This document shows positions 46,505-56,089 of a DNA stretch of 64,000 bases, piece after piece. Within the stretch, counting starts at the first letter, position 1, and the number at the start of each line of letters is the position of its first letter. The notes below the pieces were generated by a model, which worked only from the letters and a program-made list of their open reading frames with translations, ran no database searches and was not told where the DNA came from. The position numbers and the translations under genes were made by a program. Source of the DNA: Flavobacteriales bacterium (GTDB taxonomy: Bacteria > Bacteroidota > Bacteroidia > Flavobacteriales > BACL11); contig NZRO01000025.1 of NCBI GenBank assembly GCA_002696275.1, positions 108,670-172,669 of the forward strand, in the 5' to 3' direction.

Positions 46505-47368
46505 TTAACCGTTTAACGCCTCTGCTCCTCCTACAATTTCTAGGATTTCTCCTGTAATTGCCGCTTGACGGGCTTTGTTGTAAGATAATGTCAACTCCTT
46601 TTTAAGTTCACCAGCATTGTCTGTAGCTTTATGCATTGCGGTCATTCTTGCCCCGTGTTCAGAGGCGTGTGAGTCTAAAACCGCTTTAAAAAGTTGTGTT
46701 TTTAAAGATTTTGGAATTAGACTCTCAACAATATCTTTTTGATTTGGCTCAAAAATATAATCCCCAATAGACTCGTTCGATTCTTCTGGAGATTCAACGG
46801 GTAAAAACTGTTCATTCATTACAATCTGTGTTGCCGCGTTTTTAAATTGGTTGTACAACAACACTACTTTATCATACTCTTCATTTGAATAGAGATCCAT
46901 TATAGATTGAGCAATTTCTGAAGTATTACTAAAAGTTAAATTAGAGTATAAATCATCATGAGTTGAAAGTATATTATAATTATTTTTAGTAAAATGCTCT
47001 GAAGATTTTTTTCCGATAGAAAGTAAATCAACCTCCACATGTTTATATTCATCCTCTATTAAAGATTTTGCTTTTTTAATTATGTTTGCATTGAATCCCC
47101 CGCACAACCCCCTATTAGAAGTTATGGTGACGAATAAAACTTTTTTTAACTCTCTTTTTTTAGAATAAACACCACCTTCAGAACTATCTAATGTTGAGCT
47201 TAAATTTACTAATAACTCTGTAAGTTTATTTGCATAAGGTCTCATTTGGGTAATAGCGTCTTGAGCTCTTTTTAATTTAGCGGCAGATACCATTTTCATT
47301 GCAGATGTTATCTGCATTGTGGACCCTACAGAGGTGATTCTAGAACGTATTTCTTTTAAGTTCGCCAT
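46505..47368 (-). CDS. atpG: F0F1 ATP synthase subunit gamma
   Basis: 287 aa. The N-terminus reads MANLKEIRSRITSVGSTMQITSAMKMVSAAKL and the C-terminus reads ARQAAITGEILEIVGGAEAL. Confidence 0.92.
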   Translation of the reverse strand: MANLKEIRSRITSVGSTMQITSAMKMVSAAKLKRAQDAITQMRPYANKLTELLVNLSSTLDSSEGGVYSKKRELKKVLFVTITSNRGLCGGFNANIIKKAKSLIEDEYKHVEVDLLSIGKKSSEHFTKNNYNILSTHDDLYSNLTFSNTSEIAQSIMDLYSNEEYDKVVLLYNQFKNAATQIVMNEQFLPVESPEESNESIGDYIFEPNQKDIVESLIPKSLKTQLFKAVLDSHASEHGARMTAMHKATDNAGELKKELTLSYNKARQAAITGEILEIVGGAEALNG

Positions 47369-47370
47369 AA

Positions 47371-48951
47371 TTATTTAGCGTATTTTAGAGAAAGATCGGC
47401 CGCTACCTTCTCAATTGTAGATTTAATTTCATCTGTTAATTTACCAGCAGCTAAAGCGTCTAATGTATCTTGATGCTTTTCATGCATGAAAGAAATGAAC
47501 TCTATTTCAAACTCTTTAATTTTTTCAACAGGAACATTCATTAGCAATCCGTTTGTTCCACAATAAATTATAGCGGCCTGTTCTTCTACTCTTAATGGAG
47601 AATACTGTCCTTGTTTTAAGATTTCAACATTTCTTTTACCTTTTTCAATTACAGCTGTTGTAGCGGCATCAAGATCGGAACCAAACTTGGCAAAAGCCTC
47701 TAACTCTCTATATTGAGCTTGGTCTAGTTTTAATGTTCCTGAAATCTTTTTCATAGATTTAATTTGAGCTGAACCGCCTACCCTAGATACAGAAATACCT
47801 ACATTAATTGCAGGACGAACACCGGATAAGAAAAGGTTAGACTCTAAGAAAATCTGACCATCAGTAATAGAAATTACATTTGTTGGAATATATGCAGATA
47901 CATCTCCCGCTTGAGTTTCAATAATAGGAAGCGCTGTTAAAGATCCTCCACCCTTTACTTTTCCTTTTAAGGATTCTGGTAAGTCATTCATTTGAGAAGC
48001 AATGGTATCGTCATTAATTACTTTTGCGGCTCTTTCTAACAGTCTAGAGTGTAAGTAAAACACATCTCCAGGGTACGCCTCTCTTCCTGGAGGCCTTCTA
48101 AGTAATAAAGACACCTCTCTATAAGCAACAGCCTGTTTTGATAAATCGTCAAACACAATTAAAGCTGGTCTTCCTGTATCTCTAAAATACTCACCAATTG
48201 CAGCCCCTGAAAGTGGCGCGTAAAATTGCATAGGAGCTGGATCAGATGCGTTTGCAGAAACAATAACTGTATACGCCAAAGCTCCCGCGTCTTCTAAAGT
48301 TTTTGCGAGAGCTGCAACTGTAGATGCTTTTTGACCTACTGCAACATAAATACAAAATACCGGATCACCCTTGTCATAAAACTCCTTCTGATTAATAATT
48401 GTGTCAATAGCCACGGCTGTTTTACCTGTTTGTCTATCTCCAATAATCAGCTCTCTCTGACCTCTACCAACTGGAATCATAGCGTCTACCGCCTTTAATC
48501 CCGTTTGTAGCGGTTCATTTACAGGTTGTCTGTAAATTACACCGGGGGCCTTTCTTTCAATTGGCATCTCATATGTTTCTCCTGCTATAGGCCCTTTTCC
48601 ATCAATAGGATTACCCATTGTGTCTACAACTCTACCTAGCATTCCCTCACCCACATTGATAGATGCAATTTGATTGGTCCTTTTTACAGTGTCTCCCTCT
48701 TTAATTCCTTTAGAAGGCCCTAAAAGTACCGCTCCAACATTATCTTCTTCAAGATTTAGTACGATAGCTCTTAATCCGTTTTCAAACTCAATTAATTCTC
48801 CTGATTGAACATTAGTAAGCCCATAAATACGAGCAATACCATCTCCTACCTGTAATACTGTTCCAACTTCCTCTAATTGAGATTCTGATTTGAAACCTGA
48901 AAGTTGTTGTCTTAAAATTGCTGATACTTCAGCTGGTTTTACTTCTGCCAT
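47371..48951 (-). CDS. atpA: F0F1 ATP synthase subunit alpha
   Basis: 526 aa with Walker A GDRQTGKT plus the conserved [26 protein letters not shown]. Confidence 0.97.
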   Translation of the reverse strand: MAEVKPAEVSAILRQQLSGFKSESQLEEVGTVLQVGDGIARIYGLTNVQSGELIEFENGLRAIVLNLEEDNVGAVLLGPSKGIKEGDTVKRTNQIASINVGEGMLGRVVDTMGNPIDGKGPIAGETYEMPIERKAPGVIYRQPVNEPLQTGLKAVDAMIPVGRGQRELIIGDRQTGKTAVAIDTIINQKEFYDKGDPVFCIYVAVGQKASTVAALAKTLEDAGALAYTVIVSANASDPAPMQFYAPLSGAAIGEYFRDTGRPALIVFDDLSKQAVAYREVSLLLRRPPGREAYPGDVFYLHSRLLERAAKVINDDTIASQMNDLPESLKGKVKGGGSLTALPIIETQAGDVSAYIPTNVISITDGQIFLESNLFLSGVRPAINVGISVSRVGGSAQIKSMKKISGTLKLDQAQYRELEAFAKFGSDLDAATTAVIEKGKRNVEILKQGQYSPLRVEEQAAIIYCGTNGLLMNVPVEKIKEFEIEFISFMHEKHQDTLDALAAGKLTDEIKSTIEKVAADLSLKYAK

Positions 48952-48968
48952 TGTTTTAGTTTTTATTT

Positions 48969-49526
48969 TTAGAAGTTCTTTATGTAAAGGTTTTTGTTAA
49001 ATATTTTCTTTAATTCTTTTATATCTCTGATTACACTTGCGTCTAATTGTTTGTCTCCCATTTTCACAATTATCCCACCTAATATGTCCTCATCAATAAT
49101 TTCTGTTAACTCAACATCTGATTTTCCGTTTTTCTTAATGTAAGATAAAATTTCTGATTTTGTGCTTCCATCAATTGGAGCGGCGGTTGTTAATGTTACT
49201 GTTTCTATGTTATTGTGTACTTTGTATAGGGAAATAAAACTTTCCGCTATACCCTCTAAATACATTTCTCTTTTTTTAGATGTAATAATGTGAATAAAAG
49301 ACATTGTTACATCTGAAACTGATTTTGAAAATATTTCAGATAAAATAGATATCTTTTTGTCTGTTTTTACAATTGGGCTTTTTAACAATAAAGACAAATC
49401 TTTGTTTTCCGAACACACACTTATAATGTGCTTCATATCAGAAAGAGTATCTTCTGTTTTGTTCTGCTCTACCACTAAACTAAGTAGTGATTTTGCGTAT
49501 CTTGAAGAGAGTCTGGTCGCTTTCAT
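48969..49526 (-). CDS. atpH: F0F1 ATP synthase subunit delta (OSCP)
   Basis: 185 aa. The N-terminus reads [10 protein letters not shown] and the C-terminus reads [16 protein letters not shown]. It sits between atpF and atpA. Confidence 0.8.
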   Translation of the reverse strand: MKATRLSSRYAKSLLSLVVEQNKTEDTLSDMKHIISVCSENKDLSLLLKSPIVKTDKKISILSEIFSKSVSDVTMSFIHIITSKKREMYLEGIAESFISLYKVHNNIETVTLTTAAPIDGSTKSEILSYIKKNGKSDVELTEIIDEDILGGIIVKMGDKQLDASVIRDIKELKKIFNKNLYIKNF

Positions 49527-49533
49527 TTTTTTA

Positions 49534-50034
49534 TTAGTTAAGTTCTGCTTCCTTTAAAGCTTCTGAAACTAATTCTTTTTGCTTGTTGGCATCTTTTAGT
49601 TCTGATTTTAAAACCATGGTAGCCATATCAATTGAAAGATCTGCTACTGAATTTTTTAACTCAGTAACCGCCTTCATCTTCTCGTTGTTAATTTGCTCTT
49701 TGGCAGAGGTTAAAATCTTATCCGCTTCAGTATTTGCTAGATCTTTTGCCTCGTTAATAATGTTGTTTTTTATTTCTCTAGCTTCCCTTAACAGATTATC
49801 TCTTTCTAACCTAGCTTCTGCTAAAATTCTTTCATTATCTGCATTAAGATTTTCCATTTCTTCCTTAGCTTTTTCTGCTGAATCTAAAGCGTTTTTAATA
49901 CCCTCTTCTCTTTCTTCGACCGCATTTAAAATTGGTTTCCAAGCATACTTTCTTAAAAAGAACACTAATATTACAAACAGCAGTGTTTGCCAAAAAAACA
50001 ATCCAATTGAGAAGTCGTTAAGTAATTTTTCCAT
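49534..50034 (-). CDS. atpF: F0F1 ATP synthase subunit b
   Basis: 166 aa with a single N-terminal TM helix, then a long charged helix. It sits between atpE and atpH. Confidence 0.85.
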   Translation of the reverse strand: MEKLLNDFSIGLFFWQTLLFVILVFFLRKYAWKPILNAVEEREEGIKNALDSAEKAKEEMENLNADNERILAEARLERDNLLREAREIKNNIINEAKDLANTEADKILTSAKEQINNEKMKAVTELKNSVADLSIDMATMVLKSELKDANKQKELVSEALKEAELN

Positions 50035-50070
50035 TTTGTTTTTTAGTTTTCTAATTTGTTAATTTAAATA

Positions 50071-50105
50071 AATCAAAACTACAAGCAACCCTTGTAGTTT
50101 TGATT
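50071..50105 (-). promoter_or_regulatory. intercistronic stem-loop between atpE and atpF (candidate partial terminator or mRNA stabiliser)
   Basis: A perfect 15-bp inverted repeat: aatcaaaactacaag (50071-50085), loop caacc, then cttgtagttttgatt (50091-50105). On the mRNA it lies 10 nt after the atpE stop and is followed by UAUUUAAAUU. Confidence 0.6.
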
Positions 50106-50115
50106 GTTGGTTTTG

Positions 50116-50319
<204 letters not shown>

Positions 50320-50346
50320 TTAAATTAAACATTCTAGTTAATATTT

Positions 50347-51423
50347 TTAATGCTCATCATGATGTTCTTCAACTGCAGAACCAAAATAAAGAGCAGATAA
50401 CATTGTAAATATATAAGCCTGTAGAGCGCACACCAACAGTTCTAATAAAGATAAAGCGAACGCCAACCCAAATGAAAGTGTTCCTCCAAGCAGATTTTTA
50501 AATATAAATATCAGTCCTAATATACTCATTAACACTACGTGACCAGCGGTAATGTTCGCGTACAAACGTATCATTAATGAAAACGGTTTAATAATTGTTC
50601 CCAATAATTCAATTGGTGCTAGTAATATTTTCATTGGAACAGGAACCCCTGGCATCCAAAAAATATGACCCCAATAACTTTTGTTTGCTGTAAATGTTGT
50701 AATTAAATAAGTAAGAATTGCTAATGAAGCGGTTACAGCAATATTATTCGTGACATTAGACCCTATTGGAGTAAGTCCAAAAAGGTTTACAATCCAAATA
50801 AAGAAAAATACTGTAAGTAAAAAACTCATGTATCTTTTATAGTGTTTTTCTCCAATATTTGGTCTAGCGATGTCGTCTCTTATGTAAAGTACGATTGGCT
50901 CCAACAACCTCCCAATTCCAGTTGGTATGGGATTGTTTTTATAGGATTTAGCCATTCTACCAAAAATTACCAGCATTAATACCAGGCAGATTAAAATAAG
51001 AACAACGTTCTTTGTGATGGAAAAATCCAGAGGCATTTCATTTAATACCTTATCGTTTTCATCATAATTTATTGTACCTAATTTATCTGTTTTGTAAATC
51101 TTGTTGTGATATAGTTTGTAGAAGCTACCATTATGTTCTACTACTTTTTTTCCAAAATAAAACCTTGAGGACAAAAATGTCTGAACGCCGTTATCCCATA
51201 AAATTATCGGAAGTGGAAAAGAAACGTATTTGGTCTTTTCGTCTGTTTCATATTTAAATAATTTGAACGAGTGGTTGTCTAGTAGATGATGATTTTTAAA
51301 CTCGCCATATTCTACCCTAACATCTCTCTCTACCGTAGAATTTACTGGGGACTCTCCAGCAAATGAATATAAACTTAAAAATGTGGAAAATACAAGCGTT
51401 AAAATTGTAGTTTTTATTTTCAT
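50347..51423 (-). CDS. atpB: F0F1 ATP synthase subunit a (Bacteroidota long-N-terminus form)
   Basis: 358 aa. The C-terminal half carries the conserved SLMIRLYANITAGH (essential Arg) and the TM pattern. It has a signal-like N-terminal extension of about 130 aa. Confidence 0.9.
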   Translation of the reverse strand: MKIKTTILTLVFSTFLSLYSFAGESPVNSTVERDVRVEYGEFKNHHLLDNHSFKLFKYETDEKTKYVSFPLPIILWDNGVQTFLSSRFYFGKKVVEHNGSFYKLYHNKIYKTDKLGTINYDENDKVLNEMPLDFSITKNVVLILICLVLMLVIFGRMAKSYKNNPIPTGIGRLLEPIVLYIRDDIARPNIGEKHYKRYMSFLLTVFFFIWIVNLFGLTPIGSNVTNNIAVTASLAILTYLITTFTANKSYWGHIFWMPGVPVPMKILLAPIELLGTIIKPFSLMIRLYANITAGHVVLMSILGLIFIFKNLLGGTLSFGLAFALSLLELLVCALQAYIFTMLSALYFGSAVEEHHDEH

Positions 51424-51458
51424 TTTAATAGACTTAATTTATATTTTTAAGTTCGGCC

Positions 51459-51466
51459 CAAAAATA
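51459..51466 (-). promoter_or_regulatory. -7 box (TATTTTTG on the minus strand) for atpBEFHAG
   Basis: CAAAAATA on the + strand, 35 nt upstream of the atpB start at 51423. Confidence 0.5.
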
Positions 51467-51529
51467 GATATTTCTATTAATATGAGTGTGTGTTTTTTTG
51501 AATAATTTAAGAAAAGAAAAAAAGAAAAA

Positions 51530-51895
51530 CTAATCGTCTGAATTTAACAGAGAAATTAAACACTTCGTTTCGACAAACAAGGATATGACATAGGGGGTAA
51601 AAAAGGAAAAAAACTCTGTTTTTGTAACAACCTCATCCTCTTTAAAAACCGGTAATATTATAAAGAAAAAAACCAAGAACTTTATAAGTGTTCCTGCTAA
51701 AAAATAATATCCCAGGGATTCTTTTTGTTTGTTTCTTAAAATAAAAACCAGCCAATAAACAAAAATTGCAATAGAAAAATTTAAACTGTATAAAAATAAC
51801 AGATGGGAAGGGTCAACAATAAAATTATGTATTACAAACGACAGTGTTAGTGTAAAAACCAGCCAACCATGGAAGTTTAAAACATTATTTTTCAT
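51530..51895 (-). CDS. small 4-TM membrane protein upstream of the atp operon (DUF6168-like)
   Basis: 121 aa with four hydrophobic helices. Position between the AtpZ-like gene and atpB is the main evidence, and the family name is from recollection only. Confidence 0.4.
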   Translation of the reverse strand: MKNNVLNFHGWLVFTLTLSFVIHNFIVDPSHLLFLYSLNFSIAIFVYWLVFILRNKQKESLGYYFLAGTLIKFLVFFFIILPVFKEDEVVTKTEFFSFFTPYVISLFVETKCLISLLNSDD

Positions 51896-52118
51896 TGTTT
51901 ATTTTTTTTAGTTGTTTTAATATGTTATAAATGGAAAAAAATAAAGCTATTAGGATAAGGGAAATTGTGCTCCATTTTTTTTCAAACATATATTTCTCAT
52001 CTAAATAAGACCCTAAATATGCGGCCAGATAAAACGCAACACCCATTTGGAATGAAACAGAGGTAAGTGTAAGATATTTATTAAGCGGACCTTTCTTTTT
52101 TCTCTTGTTTTTCCGCAT
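51885..52118 (-). CDS. AtpZ/AtpI family protein
   Basis: 77 aa with a basic N-terminus, then two TM helices (VSFQMGVAFYLAAYLGSYLD...). It has the usual position in front of the atp operon. Confidence 0.6.
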   Translation of the reverse strand: MRKNKRKKKGPLNKYLTLTSVSFQMGVAFYLAAYLGSYLDEKYMFEKKWSTISLILIALFFSIYNILKQLKKINNEK

Positions 52119-52494
52119 GTTTTATGTCTTTAATAACCGCGCCCATGCTACAAGAGCCCGAGAAGGTAGCCCCCGGCTCAATTGAAAGTTTGTTTGTTAC
52201 AATGTCTCCGTTTAATTTTGATGTTGATTTAAGTGATAAAAGTTGAGACACGGTGATTTTCGCTTTTATTTCTCCAGAAATATCAGCATTAGAACAAACC
52301 ACATCACCCTCTACGACCCCTGAAGAACCTACAACCAGTTTTCCTTCGGTTTTAACAGACCCCTTTAGTGTTCCGTCAATTCTAATGTCACTTTTAGATT
52401 GAATATCTCCATTAATTACGGTGCCATTTCCAACTGTGTTAACTACAGATGAGTTGTTTGTTGAATTTTTCATATTGTTGTTGTTTGAAAACAT
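52081..52494 (-). CDS. bactofilin (polymer-forming cytoskeletal protein)
   Basis: 137 aa with a beta-helical repeat pattern (GTVINGDIQSKSDIRIDGTLKGSVKTEGKLVVGSSGVVEGDVVCSNADISGEIKAKI) and disordered N- and C-terminal tails. Confidence 0.8.
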   Translation of the reverse strand: MFSNNNNMKNSTNNSSVVNTVGNGTVINGDIQSKSDIRIDGTLKGSVKTEGKLVVGSSGVVEGDVVCSNADISGEIKAKITVSQLLSLKSTSKLNGDIVTNKLSIEPGATFSGSCSMGAVIKDIKHAEKQEKKERSA

Positions 52495-52539
52495 ATTTGT
52501 AGTTCATTTGATAGTGCTAAAATAACATATTTTTTGTGT

Positions 52540-55143
52540 TTATCTAACTTCTAAATAATTATTATCAAAGAACCTTGAATAGCCATCAACATCTTTGTTT
52601 TTATAAAATTCTATAAAGTTTTGTTGAGAAATAATAATTTTTTTAAATGTTGTTTTGTTTATTTCTTTTAACAAATCTGGATTGGAAAACAATGTTTTTC
52701 CATAAGCTGAAACATCTAAAGAGTTTTGGAAAGTTTTAACCATTAAAATATGTTGATCTATCCCCATTAACATTGTGTTTATTTCTAAATTTGCAACACT
52801 ATAATTTTTGGTGTTAAAATCAGAAACTATTGTTTTGATATAATTTATATCAGTGCCCTCTTTTGGACACATTATTAATAGATAGTGATTAGTGTTGTCT
52901 TTATACCTGTAGGGTGTTTTTAGAATTGCTGTAGTGTTTCTCTCTTCTAAACCCCGGATATTATTGAGTGTTGAAAGCAGCTCCACGCATCTCTCTGATG
53001 CACTAGTGTTAGGATATTTTAACTCTCCGAGTTCTAATTTTTTAATAAACGCAAGTGTGTCTTTATTTAACTTAAAATCTGATAATGCATTAATTAGGAA
53101 ATATTTTGGGCGGTATTTCAAGTTTTCTTCAGTTAAAGGTTCTTGTAGTTTTATTGAGGATTGAGAGGAAGACAATTCAAAGCTATCTTTCAAATAATAG
53201 TTGTGTATATTATAATACTCTAATTCTAATTTTATTTTATGATCTAGAACCGACTGTATATAGTTACTGTCCAAAAGTGATTTTGCATAGTTACTCTCTG
53301 GAAACTTATCAATTAAAGTTTGTTTTGTGTTTTTCGATTTTGACAGGCTGTTGTTCTCTGTTTGTAGTTTGTACATTAAATAATATGAAAGTGGTGTTAT
53401 TTCTTTATGACTCGGGAACCTTCTAACTAAATTTTCCAACATGTTTTCAGACTTTATCAATTCTTCTAACTCATCTTTATAAATGATTGAAGATTGGTAG
53501 TAGGCGTTAATGATTTTTGCGTTAGATTCTGCAATTGCTTTTTGGGTTAAGGGGATTTGATCTAAGTAATATTGTTCTGATTTTAAATCTTGATCTTTTT
53601 GACCGCTGCCCACATCTGATATTGTGGAGTCTCCATCAAATGTGTTTAGAGTCTTTTTATTAGACCTTCTCCAATCATCTTCTAGTTTACGTTTTCCCCA
53701 TTTTTTTCTGAATTCTGACAGTCCAAAACTTAGGGTTGCGGGGTTATAGAAATACCACTTTCCCCCCGAGGTATTTCTTCCAAAGTTGTCGTCCCTCATC
53801 CCCCTGTCTAACATTCCTCTATACCCTCTATTTTGTTTTTCTCTTAATTCATCCTGTTCTTTTTTAACTATTTCTGCAATAACAGACTGAATAATCTTTC
53901 TTCTTTCTGATTCGGGAAGACTCGACAGCATTTGTAAACTATCTTCTAATGAAATGGTTGATAGGTGGTTTACTAGTTTTTCTAATATTTTTTGTGTGTT
54001 TTTGGTTTCTTCAAATTGAGAATGTTCTTCAGGCATAAATGTGTACGCGCTATCATAAAAAGTTTTTGAAGAAATATAATCAGATCTGTTATAGTATATT
54101 TTTCCCAATTGTAAAAAAGAAAGTGATTTTTGAATATCGTTATCTATACTGTATTTTGTTGAAAGCTCGTAGTTTTCAATTGCTAATGCCGTGTCTTTAT
54201 CAACAATGTCCATTTCAGCCAGTGTGAAATATATTTGGTCTAAGTAATCTTTGTTTTTTTCATCTTTAATCATTTTCGTCAAATTGCTTCTCATTTGATA
54301 TAGATCTTTTTTGCTCCTAAGGGTTCTTGCTAAACTCATCTTGGCGTTAAACACCATTTCATACTCTGGGTTTGAACCTAATACCAGTTCAAAATATTTT
54401 TTTGATTGCTTTATATTTCCCGCGTCTTGGTAAACCTGGGCTATTATATAATAAAATCTAGCTCTCTTATTTTTTCTTTTAATTAATTTACACGCTGACT
54501 TTAATTCATCAGCTGCTTCAGAAAATAAATTTTGATTTAAATATAAATCCGCAAGTGTTAAATAAAGGTCTCTATATAGCCTTTCGGGAAACTTTTTTTT
54601 TGATTGTAGTTCTTCTAGTATCGTTTCTGACGAGTAATAGTCCCCTAAAGCAATATAACATTTTGCTATCCACAACTCTGATTCAAATGATAATTCTGTT
54701 TTTTTCCATTTATTTTTAATAAACTCGAATGTCTTTTTCGCTTCTAAAAATTGTCCCTTATAATAATATGATTTTGCCACTAAAAAATAACTGTCATCAA
54801 TCCACTTACAATATTCTTTATTTCTAATGTTTATGGAGTGATTTTGTATGACTCGAGACCCCTTTTTTATGGATTTGTCCATATATGAGTGATGAGCCGT
54901 AGAGCTTGTAATATTATTATATTTAAAAACAGGAAGTATTTTGGAGTAATCGTCATTATGTGACTTTTCTAATTTTAATATCCCGTATTTCAAGCTTTCT
55001 TTACCATTAAAATATCCATTGTACCTCGCTGTAATGTCGTGATATTTTCTATGTACAAAGGTCTTTTTCTTTGTGGAACAAGAGCTTATTATTAGAAATA
55101 ATAATAGCGCTGATATGTGGATTTTAATGTTCAAAATTTTCAT
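52540..55143 (-). CDS. SprE/PorW-like T9SS periplasmic TPR lipoprotein
   Basis: 867 aa with a lipobox (LIISSCSTKKKTF) and an N-terminal ...RKYHDITARYNGYFNG... pattern. It has multiple TPR-like units, and its size (about 870 aa) and position beside the bactofilin/atp block match my recollection of Flavobacterium sprE. Not verified by search. Confidence 0.55.
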   Translation of the reverse strand: MKILNIKIHISALLLFLIISSCSTKKKTFVHRKYHDITARYNGYFNGKESLKYGILKLEKSHNDDYSKILPVFKYNNITSSTAHHSYMDKSIKKGSRVIQNHSINIRNKEYCKWIDDSYFLVAKSYYYKGQFLEAKKTFEFIKNKWKKTELSFESELWIAKCYIALGDYYSSETILEELQSKKKFPERLYRDLYLTLADLYLNQNLFSEAADELKSACKLIKRKNKRARFYYIIAQVYQDAGNIKQSKKYFELVLGSNPEYEMVFNAKMSLARTLRSKKDLYQMRSNLTKMIKDEKNKDYLDQIYFTLAEMDIVDKDTALAIENYELSTKYSIDNDIQKSLSFLQLGKIYYNRSDYISSKTFYDSAYTFMPEEHSQFEETKNTQKILEKLVNHLSTISLEDSLQMLSSLPESERRKIIQSVIAEIVKKEQDELREKQNRGYRGMLDRGMRDDNFGRNTSGGKWYFYNPATLSFGLSEFRKKWGKRKLEDDWRRSNKKTLNTFDGDSTISDVGSGQKDQDLKSEQYYLDQIPLTQKAIAESNAKIINAYYQSSIIYKDELEELIKSENMLENLVRRFPSHKEITPLSYYLMYKLQTENNSLSKSKNTKQTLIDKFPESNYAKSLLDSNYIQSVLDHKIKLELEYYNIHNYYLKDSFELSSSQSSIKLQEPLTEENLKYRPKYFLINALSDFKLNKDTLAFIKKLELGELKYPNTSASERCVELLSTLNNIRGLEERNTTAILKTPYRYKDNTNHYLLIMCPKEGTDINYIKTIVSDFNTKNYSVANLEINTMLMGIDQHILMVKTFQNSLDVSAYGKTLFSNPDLLKEINKTTFKKIIISQQNFIEFYKNKDVDGYSRFFDNNYLEVR

Positions 55144-55242
55144 ACCTTTTGGTAAACAAACTAAAATTAATTTAATTTATTTTATTTCGATTGAATTTAT
55201 ACAGCAAATATGAGTATATTTTTATGATATTTGCAAGGTTTT

Positions 55243-56088
55243 ATGACAGATAATACAAAATATCGTTTTTTTAGAAAATTAAAAAACAAATATCGTTTAG
55301 TAATACTAAATGACGGAACCTATGAAGAAAGAATTGGAATAAAAATTACTCCTTTATTGGTTTTGTCTGTATTATTCGTGGTTAGTTTAATTTTAGTTTT
55401 TACAACCTTTATTTTGTTTTCTTTTACACCACTAAAAGAATATGTACCAGGAAAAACTAAAATAGAAACACATAAAGAACTCGTGAAAATAGCAACGAAA
55501 GTAGATTCTCTAGTTCTGTTGTTAGATGGAAGGGATGTGTATGTGGATAATTTAATAACAATACTTAATGGGGGCGAGGTAATGGAAAATGAAAGAATCC
55601 CGTTAAAAAACGAGGTGGGGAACATGATGAGTTTAGATGTTTCAAAAGAAGACTCTTTATTTAGATTAAGGGTTGAAGAAAAATCTAGTGGTGACTATAT
55701 TTCTGTTTCCCCTAGAGTTAATAATTATTTTTTAAGCCCTTTAAAGGGAATGGTAATTGATAAATATAATAAACAAAACAAACACTTTGGTGTAGACATA
55801 ATAAGTGGGGACGGATCAATTATTAATTCCGTGTCTGAAGGGGTTGTTGTTACAAGTAATTGGACAAAAGAAACTGGTTTTGTAATAGCTGTTCAACATT
55901 CGGGGGGGTTTTTGTCTTTTTACAAGCACAATTCTGTTTTGTTAAAAGAGGTTGGGGATTATGTTAAGAGAGGGGATCCCATTGCGGTGATTGGAAATAG
56001 TGGAGAACTAACTTCGGGGCCACATTTACACTTTGAATTGTGGAAGAGTGGAGAAAGTGTTGACCCTGAAAATTATATTTCTTTTTAA
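55243..56088 (+). CDS. M23 family metallopeptidase (membrane-anchored)
   Basis: It has one TM helix near the N-terminus and LytM motifs HFGVDI and GPHLHFELW. The start is set at the first ATG (MTDNTKY), because the track start at 55231 is a TTG. Confidence 0.8.
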   Translation: MTDNTKYRFFRKLKNKYRLVILNDGTYEERIGIKITPLLVLSVLFVVSLILVFTTFILFSFTPLKEYVPGKTKIETHKELVKIATKVDSLVLLLDGRDVYVDNLITILNGGEVMENERIPLKNEVGNMMSLDVSKEDSLFRLRVEEKSSGDYISVSPRVNNYFLSPLKGMVIDKYNKQNKHFGVDIISGDGSIINSVSEGVVVTSNWTKETGFVIAVQHSGGFLSFYKHNSVLLKEVGDYVKRGDPIAVIGNSGELTSGPHLHFELWKSGESVDPENYISF

Positions 56089-56089
56089 A

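Noticed and set aside
49583-50062. A 159-aa ORF on the + strand. Other long antisense ORFs occur at 61231-61734 (167 aa), 59100-59537 (145 aa), 39233-39628 (131 aa), 33881-34246 (121 aa) and 55320-55625 (101 aa).
   Set aside because: Each lies entirely antisense to a CDS with strong family motifs (atpF, antiporter/SDR, rseP, gatA, BNR protein, M23 peptidase). Their translations are low-complexity S/F/L-rich with no recognisable motifs. They are shadow ORFs created by the codon bias of the real genes.
55144-55242. A strand switch here could be the replication origin. All genes at 36.2-55.1 kb are on the minus strand, and all genes at 55.2-63.7 kb are on the plus strand.
   Set aside because: The spacer is under 100 bp. 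I saw no cluster of TTATCCACA-like DnaA boxes (only a one-mismatch copy inside the sprE-like CDS near 54668) and no dnaA or dnaN nearby. A divergent operon pair explains the pattern, and a cumulative GC-skew calculation would be needed to revisit it.
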